From Promethearchaeota archaeon Loki_b32 (GTDB lineage: Archaea; Asgardarchaeota; Lokiarchaeia; Sigyniarchaeales; SOKP01), in the NCBI GenBank assembly GCA_005223125.1, contig NJBH01000001.1, positions 128,001-192,000 on the forward strand: a stretch of 64,000 bases of DNA, read 5' to 3'. The position numbers were made by a program, and so were the translations under genes. Positions 28,296 through 37,243 of this stretch are shown here, in pieces. Position 1 is the first letter of the stretch. The number at the start of each line of letters is the position of its first letter. Below the pieces are notes generated by a model, which saw nothing but the letters and a program-made list of their open reading frames with translations, was not told the origin of the DNA and did not search any database.

Positions 28296-29501
28296 TTAAT
28301 AAAGGTGGAGCCGTATATCACAGTTTTTACAATGACCTTCTTTCAACTTCTTAAAACAATCCTCATGATATAGAGCATTGCATTTAAGATTACCACATTG
28401 AACTGCTGATTGACCTTTCTCGAAGATCAAATGACATACAGGGCATGCATTAAAAATAGCTTCATCTCCAAGCACAGCAACATCTTGAATATATTTAGCT
28501 GGTATAATTTCTGGTTTCTGAGCAGGCTCTTCTTTCAATCCTTTGGTAAGAACACGTAATTTCTGAATTTGCGTGACTTCAATGGGTATTTTTAAAAGAT
28601 AAAAACAGTGAGGACATCTAGCAGTTCCAGATCTCTTTACTTTATGATCTTTCTGAGAATCTGCCCACGCACCTAAACAGTGTATATGAAATGGTGTAGT
28701 ACAATTAGGACAATATCTCCCTGTAACATAAAAAGAACCTTTAGTGTAAGGATTTTGATCAGAGAAGCATATAGAACACTTTTTGAAATCAACTTCTCCC
28801 CGTATCTGCTTTACGCGTTGTTCTTGATCTCTTGTTAAATCCTGAACTCTTAATAAATTTGCAGCTATTTGTCTAAGAAACGCGGGATTTTCGATAAGAG
28901 TCTCCTTACTTGCTCCATAAGTTTTATAATTATCTTCAGCGATTTCTTTGGCAGATCTAGTTAAAGATTCTAGGTCATTATTATAAAAGTATCGCCCACC
29001 TGTTATATCGCTTATTCTCTTTAATAGATTATCCTGTCTTGTATTTGCTATACCAAAAGTATCAATTCTGATGCTTAATCCTTGAGCAATACGTGCCATT
29101 TTTAATGGATCAACCGCAGTTTTCATGTAATTTCCATCTGATATCAAAACGATTCGAGGTGTTTTAGCACCAATTTTACGTAATTCTGCTATTAAAGTTT
29201 TAATCGATAAAGCTAAAGCGTCACCCATAGCTGAATAGCCTCCACAAGTTAGAGAGTCCAAAGCATCATTGAGATTATTCCCAAAACTTGAGGTGGCAAA
29301 ATCTATAATTTTTTTAGCTTTATCAGAATATTCTATTACTGCAAAAGCACTTAAATTGTCTAAGTTAAACCTTTCGTTAGCTAAAGTTTTAGCAGCAGAA
29401 ATGCAACAAGTAAATCGATTAGGTGTGAAATCCTTTCTAAACATAGATCTTGACGTATCTATACAAATAACAAGATCTTCAGGTATTCTATTCTCTGACA
29501 T
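28296..29501 (-). CDS. VWA domain (Ssl1/p44- and Rpn10-like) plus two C4HC3 RING-variant zinc fingers
   Basis: MIDAS DTSRS then DFTPNR, LISDG; CSIC..CPNC..HIHC..W..CPHC and CPVC..CGNLKC..HEDC..CKNC. Confidence 0.8.
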   Translation of the reverse strand: MSENRIPEDLVICIDTSRSMFRKDFTPNRFTCCISAAKTLANERFNLDNLSAFAVIEYSDKAKKIIDFATSSFGNNLNDALDSLTCGGYSAMGDALALSIKTLIAELRKIGAKTPRIVLISDGNYMKTAVDPLKMARIAQGLSIRIDTFGIANTRQDNLLKRISDITGGRYFYNNDLESLTRSAKEIAEDNYKTYGASKETLIENPAFLRQIAANLLRVQDLTRDQEQRVKQIRGEVDFKKCSICFSDQNPYTKGSFYVTGRYCPNCTTPFHIHCLGAWADSQKDHKVKRSGTARCPHCFYLLKIPIEVTQIQKLRVLTKGLKEEPAQKPEIIPAKYIQDVAVLGDEAIFNACPVCHLIFEKGQSAVQCGNLKCNALYHEDCFKKLKEGHCKNCDIRLHLY

Positions 29502-29717
29502 TGTCTGTTTTTAGCATATATTGTATTAAGTAATGAAAATGACCGTTTTGATTCAATCGATTTTTTATACTTTTATTAATTACTAATTAATTAATACTGC
29601 TTCAATTAGATAAAGTTTTTTTTTAAGAATATTAATATATATTTAATAATACCTTTTAGTACTAGTAAAGATAAGAATATTAGTTAAAAGAAAAATTACA
29701 AATAAACTTGATACATA

Positions 29718-30926
29718 ATGTCTGAAAATAGTAGCAAGAGTGTAGCAATTAAAGATTTCTTTAAAAGTAATGTTCTAATTAATGAACTTGATGAGGTTTT
29801 AAGATTTAAACCTGATTCCCTAATAGGAGTCGATAAAATTAGCTCTGATCATCTATATAATAATGGGATAAAAACTATTGAAGATTTAGCTAATTTATCA
29901 GTATCAAATCTCCCTGAGATAAAAGAGATTCTACCTAAAATGTTATTGAAATGGGTAAAAATTGCTCAGGTAATACAAAAAAATATCAAAGAACAGCTGC
30001 GCCGCCATAAGAAAATTTTGATGTTGGGACTCGATGCAGCAGGCAAGACTTCTATACTCGCAGTTCTTCAAGATAAATTTTCAATTATTAAATCTCTTTT
30101 ACCTACAAGGGGGGTAAAGAGAGAGAAATTGGACTTCTTTGGATATCCGATAATCTCCTGGGATTTAGGTGGACAAGTACAATATAGAGAGAAGTTGTAC
30201 TTCAATAGACCAGAATTGTTTTTCACTGAAGCAGATATTATATTGTATGTAGTTGATAGCCAGGACCCAGATAGAATTCCTGAAGCAGTAAACTACTTCC
30301 GAGAAGTATTAAAGGTTTTGGAAGATTTACATGAAATACCTTCTTTTTTGATTGTATTAAGTAAGAGTGATCAAGATATTCGTAAAACTCTCCAATGGCA
30401 ACAAAATGTAACAAGCATAAAAAATAAATTTAATAGTATAGCTGATGAATTTGACGAATTCTCGATTGATTATTGTGATTCTACAATTTTTCAAAGAGAA
30501 ACAATAATGCAAATGTTCAGTATCGCATTAAAGAAAGTGTCTGATACATCTGAAATAATCGAAAATATACTCGAAGAGTTTACACATCAAGTAGATGCAA
30601 AAGCTTCAAGTTTAGTATCAATGGATGGGCTTATTTTTGGAACTTATACCGGTTCTGATACAGACGAAATGCTGGTAAATAATACAGCTTTATTACTTCA
30701 AACACTTTCAAATTTCTATAATTCAATAGGTTTAATAAGGGAAAAGTCAATAAAACTGGAATTACCACTCAATGGATTTACTATCCGTGGAGAAAAATTA
30801 TTTGAATACTCAGAATTGCAAATACCCGTATATTTATGGATGCTTTCAGAAAATCCAGAATTGTTAGAAAGTAAAATTAATTACTTTAGAGAACAATTAC
30901 TTCCGTTGATTAACCTCTTTCTTTGA
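29718..30926 (+). CDS. Arf/Rag-like small GTPase with N-terminal HhH-like domain and C-terminal roadblock-like domain
   Basis: GLDAAGKTS, PTRG, WDLGGQ, SKSD; N-terminal LIGVDK..GIKTIEDLA; C-terminal ASSLVSMDGLIFG. Confidence 0.8.
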   Translation: MSENSSKSVAIKDFFKSNVLINELDEVLRFKPDSLIGVDKISSDHLYNNGIKTIEDLANLSVSNLPEIKEILPKMLLKWVKIAQVIQKNIKEQLRRHKKILMLGLDAAGKTSILAVLQDKFSIIKSLLPTRGVKREKLDFFGYPIISWDLGGQVQYREKLYFNRPELFFTEADIILYVVDSQDPDRIPEAVNYFREVLKVLEDLHEIPSFLIVLSKSDQDIRKTLQWQQNVTSIKNKFNSIADEFDEFSIDYCDSTIFQRETIMQMFSIALKKVSDTSEIIENILEEFTHQVDAKASSLVSMDGLIFGTYTGSDTDEMLVNNTALLLQTLSNFYNSIGLIREKSIKLELPLNGFTIRGEKLFEYSELQIPVYLWMLSENPELLESKINYFREQLLPLINLFL

Positions 30927-30990
30927 ATATCTTTATGTAATTTTTAAAGATTTAATCTATCTCTTTTAAGAATTTTAAATTCGATGATAT

Positions 30991-31209
30991 TTAGTTTAAT
31001 TCCAATTCCTTATTTGCCGCAAGTAAGAACTCATTACTCTTATCTAGCAATTTAATCGCATTATCTAATTTTTCAGCTATAGATTTTAAACCTTTTTCTT
31101 TAGCAATATCTCGCCATTTTAAAAAATTTTCTTTATGTGAATCATTATGATCTGCCCAATGTTTACATAATTTTGATAATTTTAAAATGTCTTTATCTTG
31201 TTTATCCAA
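30991..31209 (-). CDS. Small His-rich helical protein (HWxxHNxxH), putative Ni/Co binder
   Basis: LCKHWADHNDSHKENFLKW motif in a helical hairpin. Confidence 0.6.
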   Translation of the reverse strand: MDKQDKDILKLSKLCKHWADHNDSHKENFLKWRDIAKEKGLKSIAEKLDNAIKLLDKSNEFLLAANKELELN

Positions 31210-31459
31210 AATATCTCACATCTTTAACATTTATCTAATTTAGTAATGAAATTAAGCTTTACACATTAACTTTTGGGTTTTCTATTTGAATAGATTTAAA
31301 TAATCATAGCTTCTTATTGAATTACTTATATTAAATCAGAATTGAAAGAATATGCAATTTTGAATGTTGATAATTCTTAATGAAAATAACATATTTCTTA
31401 TTAAAGTTATGCATATCCAAATATTTTTATACAAAAATTTCTATTATTTATAAAAAAAT

Positions 31460-31858
31460 ATGGTGAAAAATATGAAAAGAGGAAACCAATATTATAGTGT
31501 TGAAGCAGATCAAGAAATAAACAGAGTTCATTTTGTAATGCAAGGTGAAATTCCTGAAGTAGAGGCTGTTACTAATTTTGAAGCAGATTGGCATACAACT
31601 GTAGGCGAATTAAAGCCTGGATTCACGATTCTAGGTGATCTAAGTAAGTGTGCACCACTCCCTGAGGATGTAGAAGCTCTAAATCAAAAAGTACAAGGGT
31701 GGATAATGCAACAAGGATGTAGTAAAGTTGCACAATTAGTTGGCGATTTGACTGTAATGAGTCAAGTTAATGCATTCGCTGAGAGATCAGGGATGAAAAA
31801 TATCCTTAGAGCATTCAATATTCGCAGAACTGCTGAAATGTGGCTAGATATGAAGTAA
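31460..31858 (+). CDS. Hypothetical STAS/SpoIIAA-like small protein
   Basis: 132 aa; GFTILGDLS, KVAQLV, RAF..AEMWL pattern. Confidence 0.55.
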   Translation: MVKNMKRGNQYYSVEADQEINRVHFVMQGEIPEVEAVTNFEADWHTTVGELKPGFTILGDLSKCAPLPEDVEALNQKVQGWIMQQGCSKVAQLVGDLTVMSQVNAFAERSGMKNILRAFNIRRTAEMWLDMK

Positions 31859-32048
31859 ATATTAAATAAAGATGTTTTTAGGTTATCTTTAAGAATTACA
31901 AATTCTTGAAGGTATTTTTTTTTTCTATGTTTAATTATATATAAAATGACATTAAACATGTGAATAATTAATTTAAAAGAAAAAATGTTTTGATAAATCA
32001 TAGTTCCATATCAAAAACAAAAAAAGAAAATAAATAAGAAAAATTAGA

Positions 32049-34394
32049 TTAAGTTCTACATAATCTTTTTAATAAGGTTGGATCTACTATTTCTTTTGGC
32101 TCCCAGCCCTTTTCCTTCAGATACTCATGTATTTCATCTTTTATGTTAATAGGAATGTCTGCTTCAAGACGAATAAATTTCTCTAAATCGTTAGGGAATT
32201 TAACACCTTTATATTTCCGTTCCAAATCAATCCAATGAGAAAGTTTTATCATTCGGCCCTTAGAGTTATCAGCAGGTCTTATTGCCAATTTAGCAACTAA
32301 GCAGATAGCTTGTTCAATACTTTCGGCAGTTGTTAATAAGTGTTCTGGACCGGGTCCAACTAGATGATCAGCTGTTCCATCTCTAGCGTTAAATATTTTC
32401 CATATATTTTCATCATCAGAGCGCCCAATATACATTCTTCTATATTCTGCAGCGTGTGGCCCGCATACTGCTGGAACCCCTAACCCGTTCGCCATACTGG
32501 CAATACTTGCAGCTTTCTGAGACATAGCGCCCCATGCAACACCCACTGCACCTACTCGGTTTAAAACATAATCTGCTATTTCTTCGAAATTACCCCGCAG
32601 TGGTCTTCGGGCAAAAATATTGGCAACTTTAATTGCTGCTCCAGTAATATGAGGATTACTTACACAACTCCCAACATTTACTAAACCTCCTCGATCAAAA
32701 TCACCAGGGAATCTATCATATAAAGTCTTTCCTTCCTCATCTTTTACTAAACCAATATCCATTGCTCCGCAACCAGATACAACAACAATGTAATTTCTGA
32801 TTAAGAATTCTTCAGCCATTATATAGAGTTCTTGAATTTCTTTAGCATAACTCGCACATCCGATAATTGCTACTATACCTGGAATTTCTCCTAATACTAT
32901 TGGAGCACCTACATTTCTTATCTCCGTATCCATAATTGGCCCGCGTCCTACCCGACAATTAAATTTCTCATTTCTAATCTTTTCTCTAGCAGCATATTGT
33001 AATAAAGTTAAAGGAGATACATCTTTCATACAATCTCCTTCACATCGTCCGCATCCTAGACAGTCATCAAATACTCCCGCTAATACTGAAAAATCCCCGT
33101 CCTTGGCTAAATTTACCCCTTCCACAAGAGGTAAATCGTTTGGACAATTTCGTTGGCAATTACCACATCCATTACAATTCATTGCCATATCAATGCAACC
33201 TTGTTCATCAGGAACTCCACTTTTTGCTTTTCTAATTGGTTTGACTTTTATTGCGGTCTCTGCAGCAACTTCACCTGCTTTTATTGGATCCAAAATAAGA
33301 ACTCCTGATTCTTTCCCACTTATTAGATCATCAACAATTTCATTGACAGGATCAGCTGTTCTATCAGGATGCCCTCCCATGTTCTTTTCGTTTGTTGCAA
33401 TAAAAGGGGCACCTATTAATTGGGCTTGCTCAAAGGATCTTAGATTTACACATTGTTCGTCGACCATAACAACATCTGGTATTCCTGATCGAATAACATG
33501 AAGTTGTCGCGACATTGATCCTACAATTTTGGCTCCGTCATAATATCTGGTTAAGTCATGGGCAGTACAGCAAATTGCTCCCACATCAACTTGATCTTCA
33601 ATTCCTTTTTCTCTTATATAATCTACTAATTCAACTCCAGGAGCAACGTTATGACCAATCATCAAAATAACAGCTTTACTTGTATCTAATGTACCCATAC
33701 CAAGTTCTACAATAGGAACATCAGGATCTCCCATAGGAAATCCGTAAGCGGCCATTTGAACAGCATCAGAAATTTCCATACCAACTGAATCTGCTAACCC
33801 AGCTAAAAAGCTTTTAGCTTCATAATCTAAATAAGAACTCTCTTGTCCCGTATGTCCAGCGGCTAAGAGATGTGTTATTGTAAAATGAACCCATTCCATT
33901 GCAGTTTCTAAATCTTCTAAGGTTTCAGGCTTCATACCAACAACTAAACGTGTGTGAGGCATCTCAACGGCTATATTATTACCAAAATTAATAGGAACAT
34001 TACCATATTTTTCTTTAAGCCAATGTAATAGATGATCACCATGGGCTGAATGGCACGCAGCGCCAATACAACAAGCAATCTCTACTATACGTGCTTGCTG
34101 TGTTTCCATGTTAATTCCACAAGCACCAGTCCGGCCTTTAGAGAGATTACATTTCCCATACGTACACAAACAGCACATATCACAGATTGGCATATAAAAT
34201 GGTTTATATCGTTCCATCAGTTTAAAAAACCAGCTTCTTAAAGTAGGGATGTGTGGCATTGGATGTGGTCCCATTGGTTCCCACTCTGTCTCATCTCCGT
34301 AGGAAATTTTACCAGTAGTTAACTCAAATCCTTTAATTGTACCGAGTGGACCTTTATATTCATCAATTTTTATTTTAGCTCCTCTCTTTTCCAA
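32049..34394 (-). CDS. cdhA: CO dehydrogenase/acetyl-CoA synthase complex alpha subunit
   Basis: CDMCCLCTYGKC, GHN, ICCTAHD, DEQC, two ferredoxin CxxCxxCxxxC motifs, GRGP, GSCVSN, SQKAA. Confidence 0.95.
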   Translation of the reverse strand: MEKRGAKIKIDEYKGPLGTIKGFELTTGKISYGDETEWEPMGPHPMPHIPTLRSWFFKLMERYKPFYMPICDMCCLCTYGKCNLSKGRTGACGINMETQQARIVEIACCIGAACHSAHGDHLLHWLKEKYGNVPINFGNNIAVEMPHTRLVVGMKPETLEDLETAMEWVHFTITHLLAAGHTGQESSYLDYEAKSFLAGLADSVGMEISDAVQMAAYGFPMGDPDVPIVELGMGTLDTSKAVILMIGHNVAPGVELVDYIREKGIEDQVDVGAICCTAHDLTRYYDGAKIVGSMSRQLHVIRSGIPDVVMVDEQCVNLRSFEQAQLIGAPFIATNEKNMGGHPDRTADPVNEIVDDLISGKESGVLILDPIKAGEVAAETAIKVKPIRKAKSGVPDEQGCIDMAMNCNGCGNCQRNCPNDLPLVEGVNLAKDGDFSVLAGVFDDCLGCGRCEGDCMKDVSPLTLLQYAAREKIRNEKFNCRVGRGPIMDTEIRNVGAPIVLGEIPGIVAIIGCASYAKEIQELYIMAEEFLIRNYIVVVSGCGAMDIGLVKDEEGKTLYDRFPGDFDRGGLVNVGSCVSNPHITGAAIKVANIFARRPLRGNFEEIADYVLNRVGAVGVAWGAMSQKAASIASMANGLGVPAVCGPHAAEYRRMYIGRSDDENIWKIFNARDGTADHLVGPGPEHLLTTAESIEQAICLVAKLAIRPADNSKGRMIKLSHWIDLERKYKGVKFPNDLEKFIRLEADIPINIKDEIHEYLKEKGWEPKEIVDPTLLKRLCRT

Positions 34395-34595
34395 AGGTTT
34401 TTCACATCAATTTTTATTTTTAAATTTTTGATTTTTTGATATTTGATTATATTTAGAGTTATATTAGATTTTATTTTAATTATTATATTCCAAAACTCAA
34501 AATCTAATCTAAATTAATTGAAAAAAGTGTGAAATTTCACTTACTCAAATTTTATTAGATTTTGTATTTTCAAATAATTTGTTGGAATTAGTAAC

Positions 34596-35132
34596 TTACC
34601 GTTTGACTTTATATTCACAAGCTGGTGCACCTTTCATGCTGCACTCTTCTGAAAAGTGTTTAATAAATGTAATTGATCCATCTTTTCTAAACTTGTTCAT
34701 AAAAGCTTCTATTATTCCCATATCAAATGAACAAGGATATGGAGTATTTATTTTCATAATTCCTTCGCTTTTTCCTACTTTTTCGAATTTATAGTGACCA
34801 CAATCCCCACCTTGATGATTCGTATTATAAATTCTGTCAATTGAATATAAAATTTGTTCAGTAGTTTCGATACCTAGAGGTAATTGAGCTTTTTAAGGTA
34901 TTTTCATTCCTCTTACTTTAATAGTAACATCTCCTAATTTCTCATAAATGACTTTAAATGAATTCAAAAATTTTTGTTGAGAATACAAACCATTTTGTTT
35001 TATATTTGTTATCCCATTTTCTTCTAATATTTTCAGTGCACTGTTCTTAAAAGCCCCCATGCCATCCACCATTGATAAAATACTAGTGCCTAAAATTACA
35101 ACTCCAGGAGTGGGTGATTTAAACAAAGGCAT
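34596..35132 (-). pseudogene. V4R/HNOX-like small-ligand-binding protein with one in-frame TAA at 34893-34895
   Basis: Frame continues past the stop: KAQLPLGIET...NHQGGDCGHY...NTPYPCSFDMGII...ECSMKGAPACEYKVKR*; GAGGA RBS before ATG 35132. Confidence 0.75.
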
Positions 35133-35307
35133 TTATTTTTATCCTCATTAATTAAAGTTTAGATTGTAGGTTAATAATCTAAAATTGCCTATATATAGAT
35201 GAGTAAAAAACACGAATGTGACATTTAAGCTCACGTTTAAACCTTAAACTCATTAACAAGTTATATAAGATTGCTAAAAATTAGATAAAACAACAAAATA
35301 TTTATCT

Positions 35308-35901
35308 TTAAATTGTAGATAAAAAATCTGAAACCTTTTCTTCGGAACCCTCATCTACAAGACGGTCTTCCAGTTCTTCTGCTATCAAATCAAATTTAAA
35401 TACACATTGCTCATTTCCTAGTAAAACACATTTGATCTCCTCGCCATCAGCATCAATTTGTAGAGTCTCAAGCATCCCACTAAAAAGCCCTTGATAAAGG
35501 AGACATAAGTTTTTTGCCATAATATTCTCTTTTTCCTCAGAGGCTAAAGAATCTGAGACTTTAAACAATATATGATTCTTCTTAAACACTCCTGTTATTT
35601 CTCCAAATCCCATAAGTTCTAAAGCTTCAAGATTACCAAGAGCAACTTCTTTTCTAGTTGCCATTGGGACTGTACTCCAGTCTTTACTATCAAAGAATTT
35701 ATCCATGTACGATCTACCAAGCGTTTTCCCAACCCAGACTAAAATATCATCGGCATTTGCACCGGCGAATTCGGAGAATTCTATCAAATCAATAGGTCTT
35801 AACATCAGCAAACGCAAATCCTTCTTTTTCTCACCAAAAAAGAGTTGTCCTAATTTCTCATCAATCGTAACTTGTAGTTCTTTTTTGAGTCTTTTTGACA
35901 A
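35308..35901 (-). CDS. V4R / TRAPP Bet3-like domain protein
   Basis: ILVWVGKTLG, MGFG, LCLLYQGLFSG, EIKCVLLGNEQCVF. Confidence 0.75.
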   Translation of the reverse strand: MSKRLKKELQVTIDEKLGQLFFGEKKKDLRLLMLRPIDLIEFSEFAGANADDILVWVGKTLGRSYMDKFFDSKDWSTVPMATRKEVALGNLEALELMGFGEITGVFKKNHILFKVSDSLASEEKENIMAKNLCLLYQGLFSGMLETLQIDADGEEIKCVLLGNEQCVFKFDLIAEELEDRLVDEGSEEKVSDFLSTI

Positions 35902-36064
35902 AATTTATCCCCAATTTAATATATATAGAGAAATATAAAGTTTTTATTTCATATAATAGAAATTTAAATAGCTAGATATTTAAATTTAATGTTTAATGCA
36001 TGAAAACTCAATAATTATTAAGACTGAGAGTTTAATTGTTTTGTAATATATTAAAAATCACATT

Positions 36065-37063
36065 TTAAGAAGAGAGCAAATCAAAAATCGCTGGGATTAC
36101 ACTATCAATGTTAAAATTAGTTTTAACTGATGTGAATAAGAAATTCCATTTTCGCTTTTTCATTTTATTAAAATTGTAAAAAGTTGAAAGTTCTTCTTCA
36201 AGGTTCTGGATTTGCTCAGCAAAATTCTCCTTAGAAAGCTTAATTAAATCAGTTTTATTCCCTACAATAAGTAAAGGAATATCATTTAGTTCATTCTTGT
36301 TTAATACATTCCAAAATTCATTTCTTGATTCCTCAAATCTTCTTTGATTAGCAACATCAATCATATAAATAATAATATTGGAATCTTGAAGTCCTTTTAG
36401 CCATTTTGATCTAAAGGCTTTTTGTCCAGGCATATCCCATACAGCAAATAATCCTTTTTCTTCTACAGGAATATATTCAATATTGAATTTCCTTGTTGGA
36501 GTAAAATAATTATCATTAAACTCACCGGTTTTTAATCTTCTCACTAAACTTGATTTACCCACTTCGTCAATACCAAAAAGGAAAATCTTGAAAAATGTTT
36601 CCCGTTGATAATAATATTCCATTTCAAGAGGTTTTTCGATAACTTCGTCTCCAAATCTTCGAATATCAATAAACATAGAAATCAAAAAATTATCAACTTC
36701 AGTTTCATCATCAAAGCTGTATCCATTACCATTATTCAACAGCTCGCTCAGTAATTCTTTAAATATTACTTTATAATCATAAGGGTTATCTTCATTATCA
36801 AAAATTAAACCAATAATGATTTTTCCATTAATACAACAAGAATATATATTTAAATCGCTGATAAATTGAGCTATGGGTTCAGCAATTTTAAAATGGTTTG
36901 AATTTGTTTGTTGACAGATTTCTTCCTTATCATGTCTTTTTACGATATTATTAACAAGTAATTTATCATTAATACTAACAATTTCATTCGGGTAACAATA
37001 AATATTAAGATCTTCTAAATCTCGGATTTTCTTTCCTTTAAATAAAAAAATGTTATGTAGCAA
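36065..37063 (-). CDS. Arf-like small GTPase with N-terminal longin/DENN-like domain
   Basis: GIDEVGKSS, PT, WDMPGQ, NKTD, TSVK; N-terminal IIIGLIFDNEDNPYDY. Confidence 0.85.
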   Translation of the reverse strand: MLHNIFLFKGKKIRDLEDLNIYCYPNEIVSINDKLLVNNIVKRHDKEEICQQTNSNHFKIAEPIAQFISDLNIYSCCINGKIIIGLIFDNEDNPYDYKVIFKELLSELLNNGNGYSFDDETEVDNFLISMFIDIRRFGDEVIEKPLEMEYYYQRETFFKIFLFGIDEVGKSSLVRRLKTGEFNDNYFTPTRKFNIEYIPVEEKGLFAVWDMPGQKAFRSKWLKGLQDSNIIIYMIDVANQRRFEESRNEFWNVLNKNELNDIPLLIVGNKTDLIKLSKENFAEQIQNLEEELSTFYNFNKMKKRKWNFLFTSVKTNFNIDSVIPAIFDLLSS

Positions 37064-37243
37064 CTATGTATCCTAATGGCTTAAATTGATATATGTTTGA
37101 AAATAAAAGTAACTTAAAAAAAGTTTGGAATCTTGCGGTTTTTATTTACTTTTAAAGTTTTTGGTTTAATAAATGAAAGACATTCCTTCTCTTGTCATTT
37201 ATAAAGGAAACTAAATACAAAACTTTAAAAAATGGATTAATTA

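Noticed and set aside
34579-34794. 71-aa plus-strand ORF
   Set aside because: Antisense to the C-terminal half of the interrupted V4R-like gene.
34893-34895. Recoding (Sec/Pyl) of the internal stop in the V4R-like gene
   Set aside because: The codon is TAA, which neither system uses.
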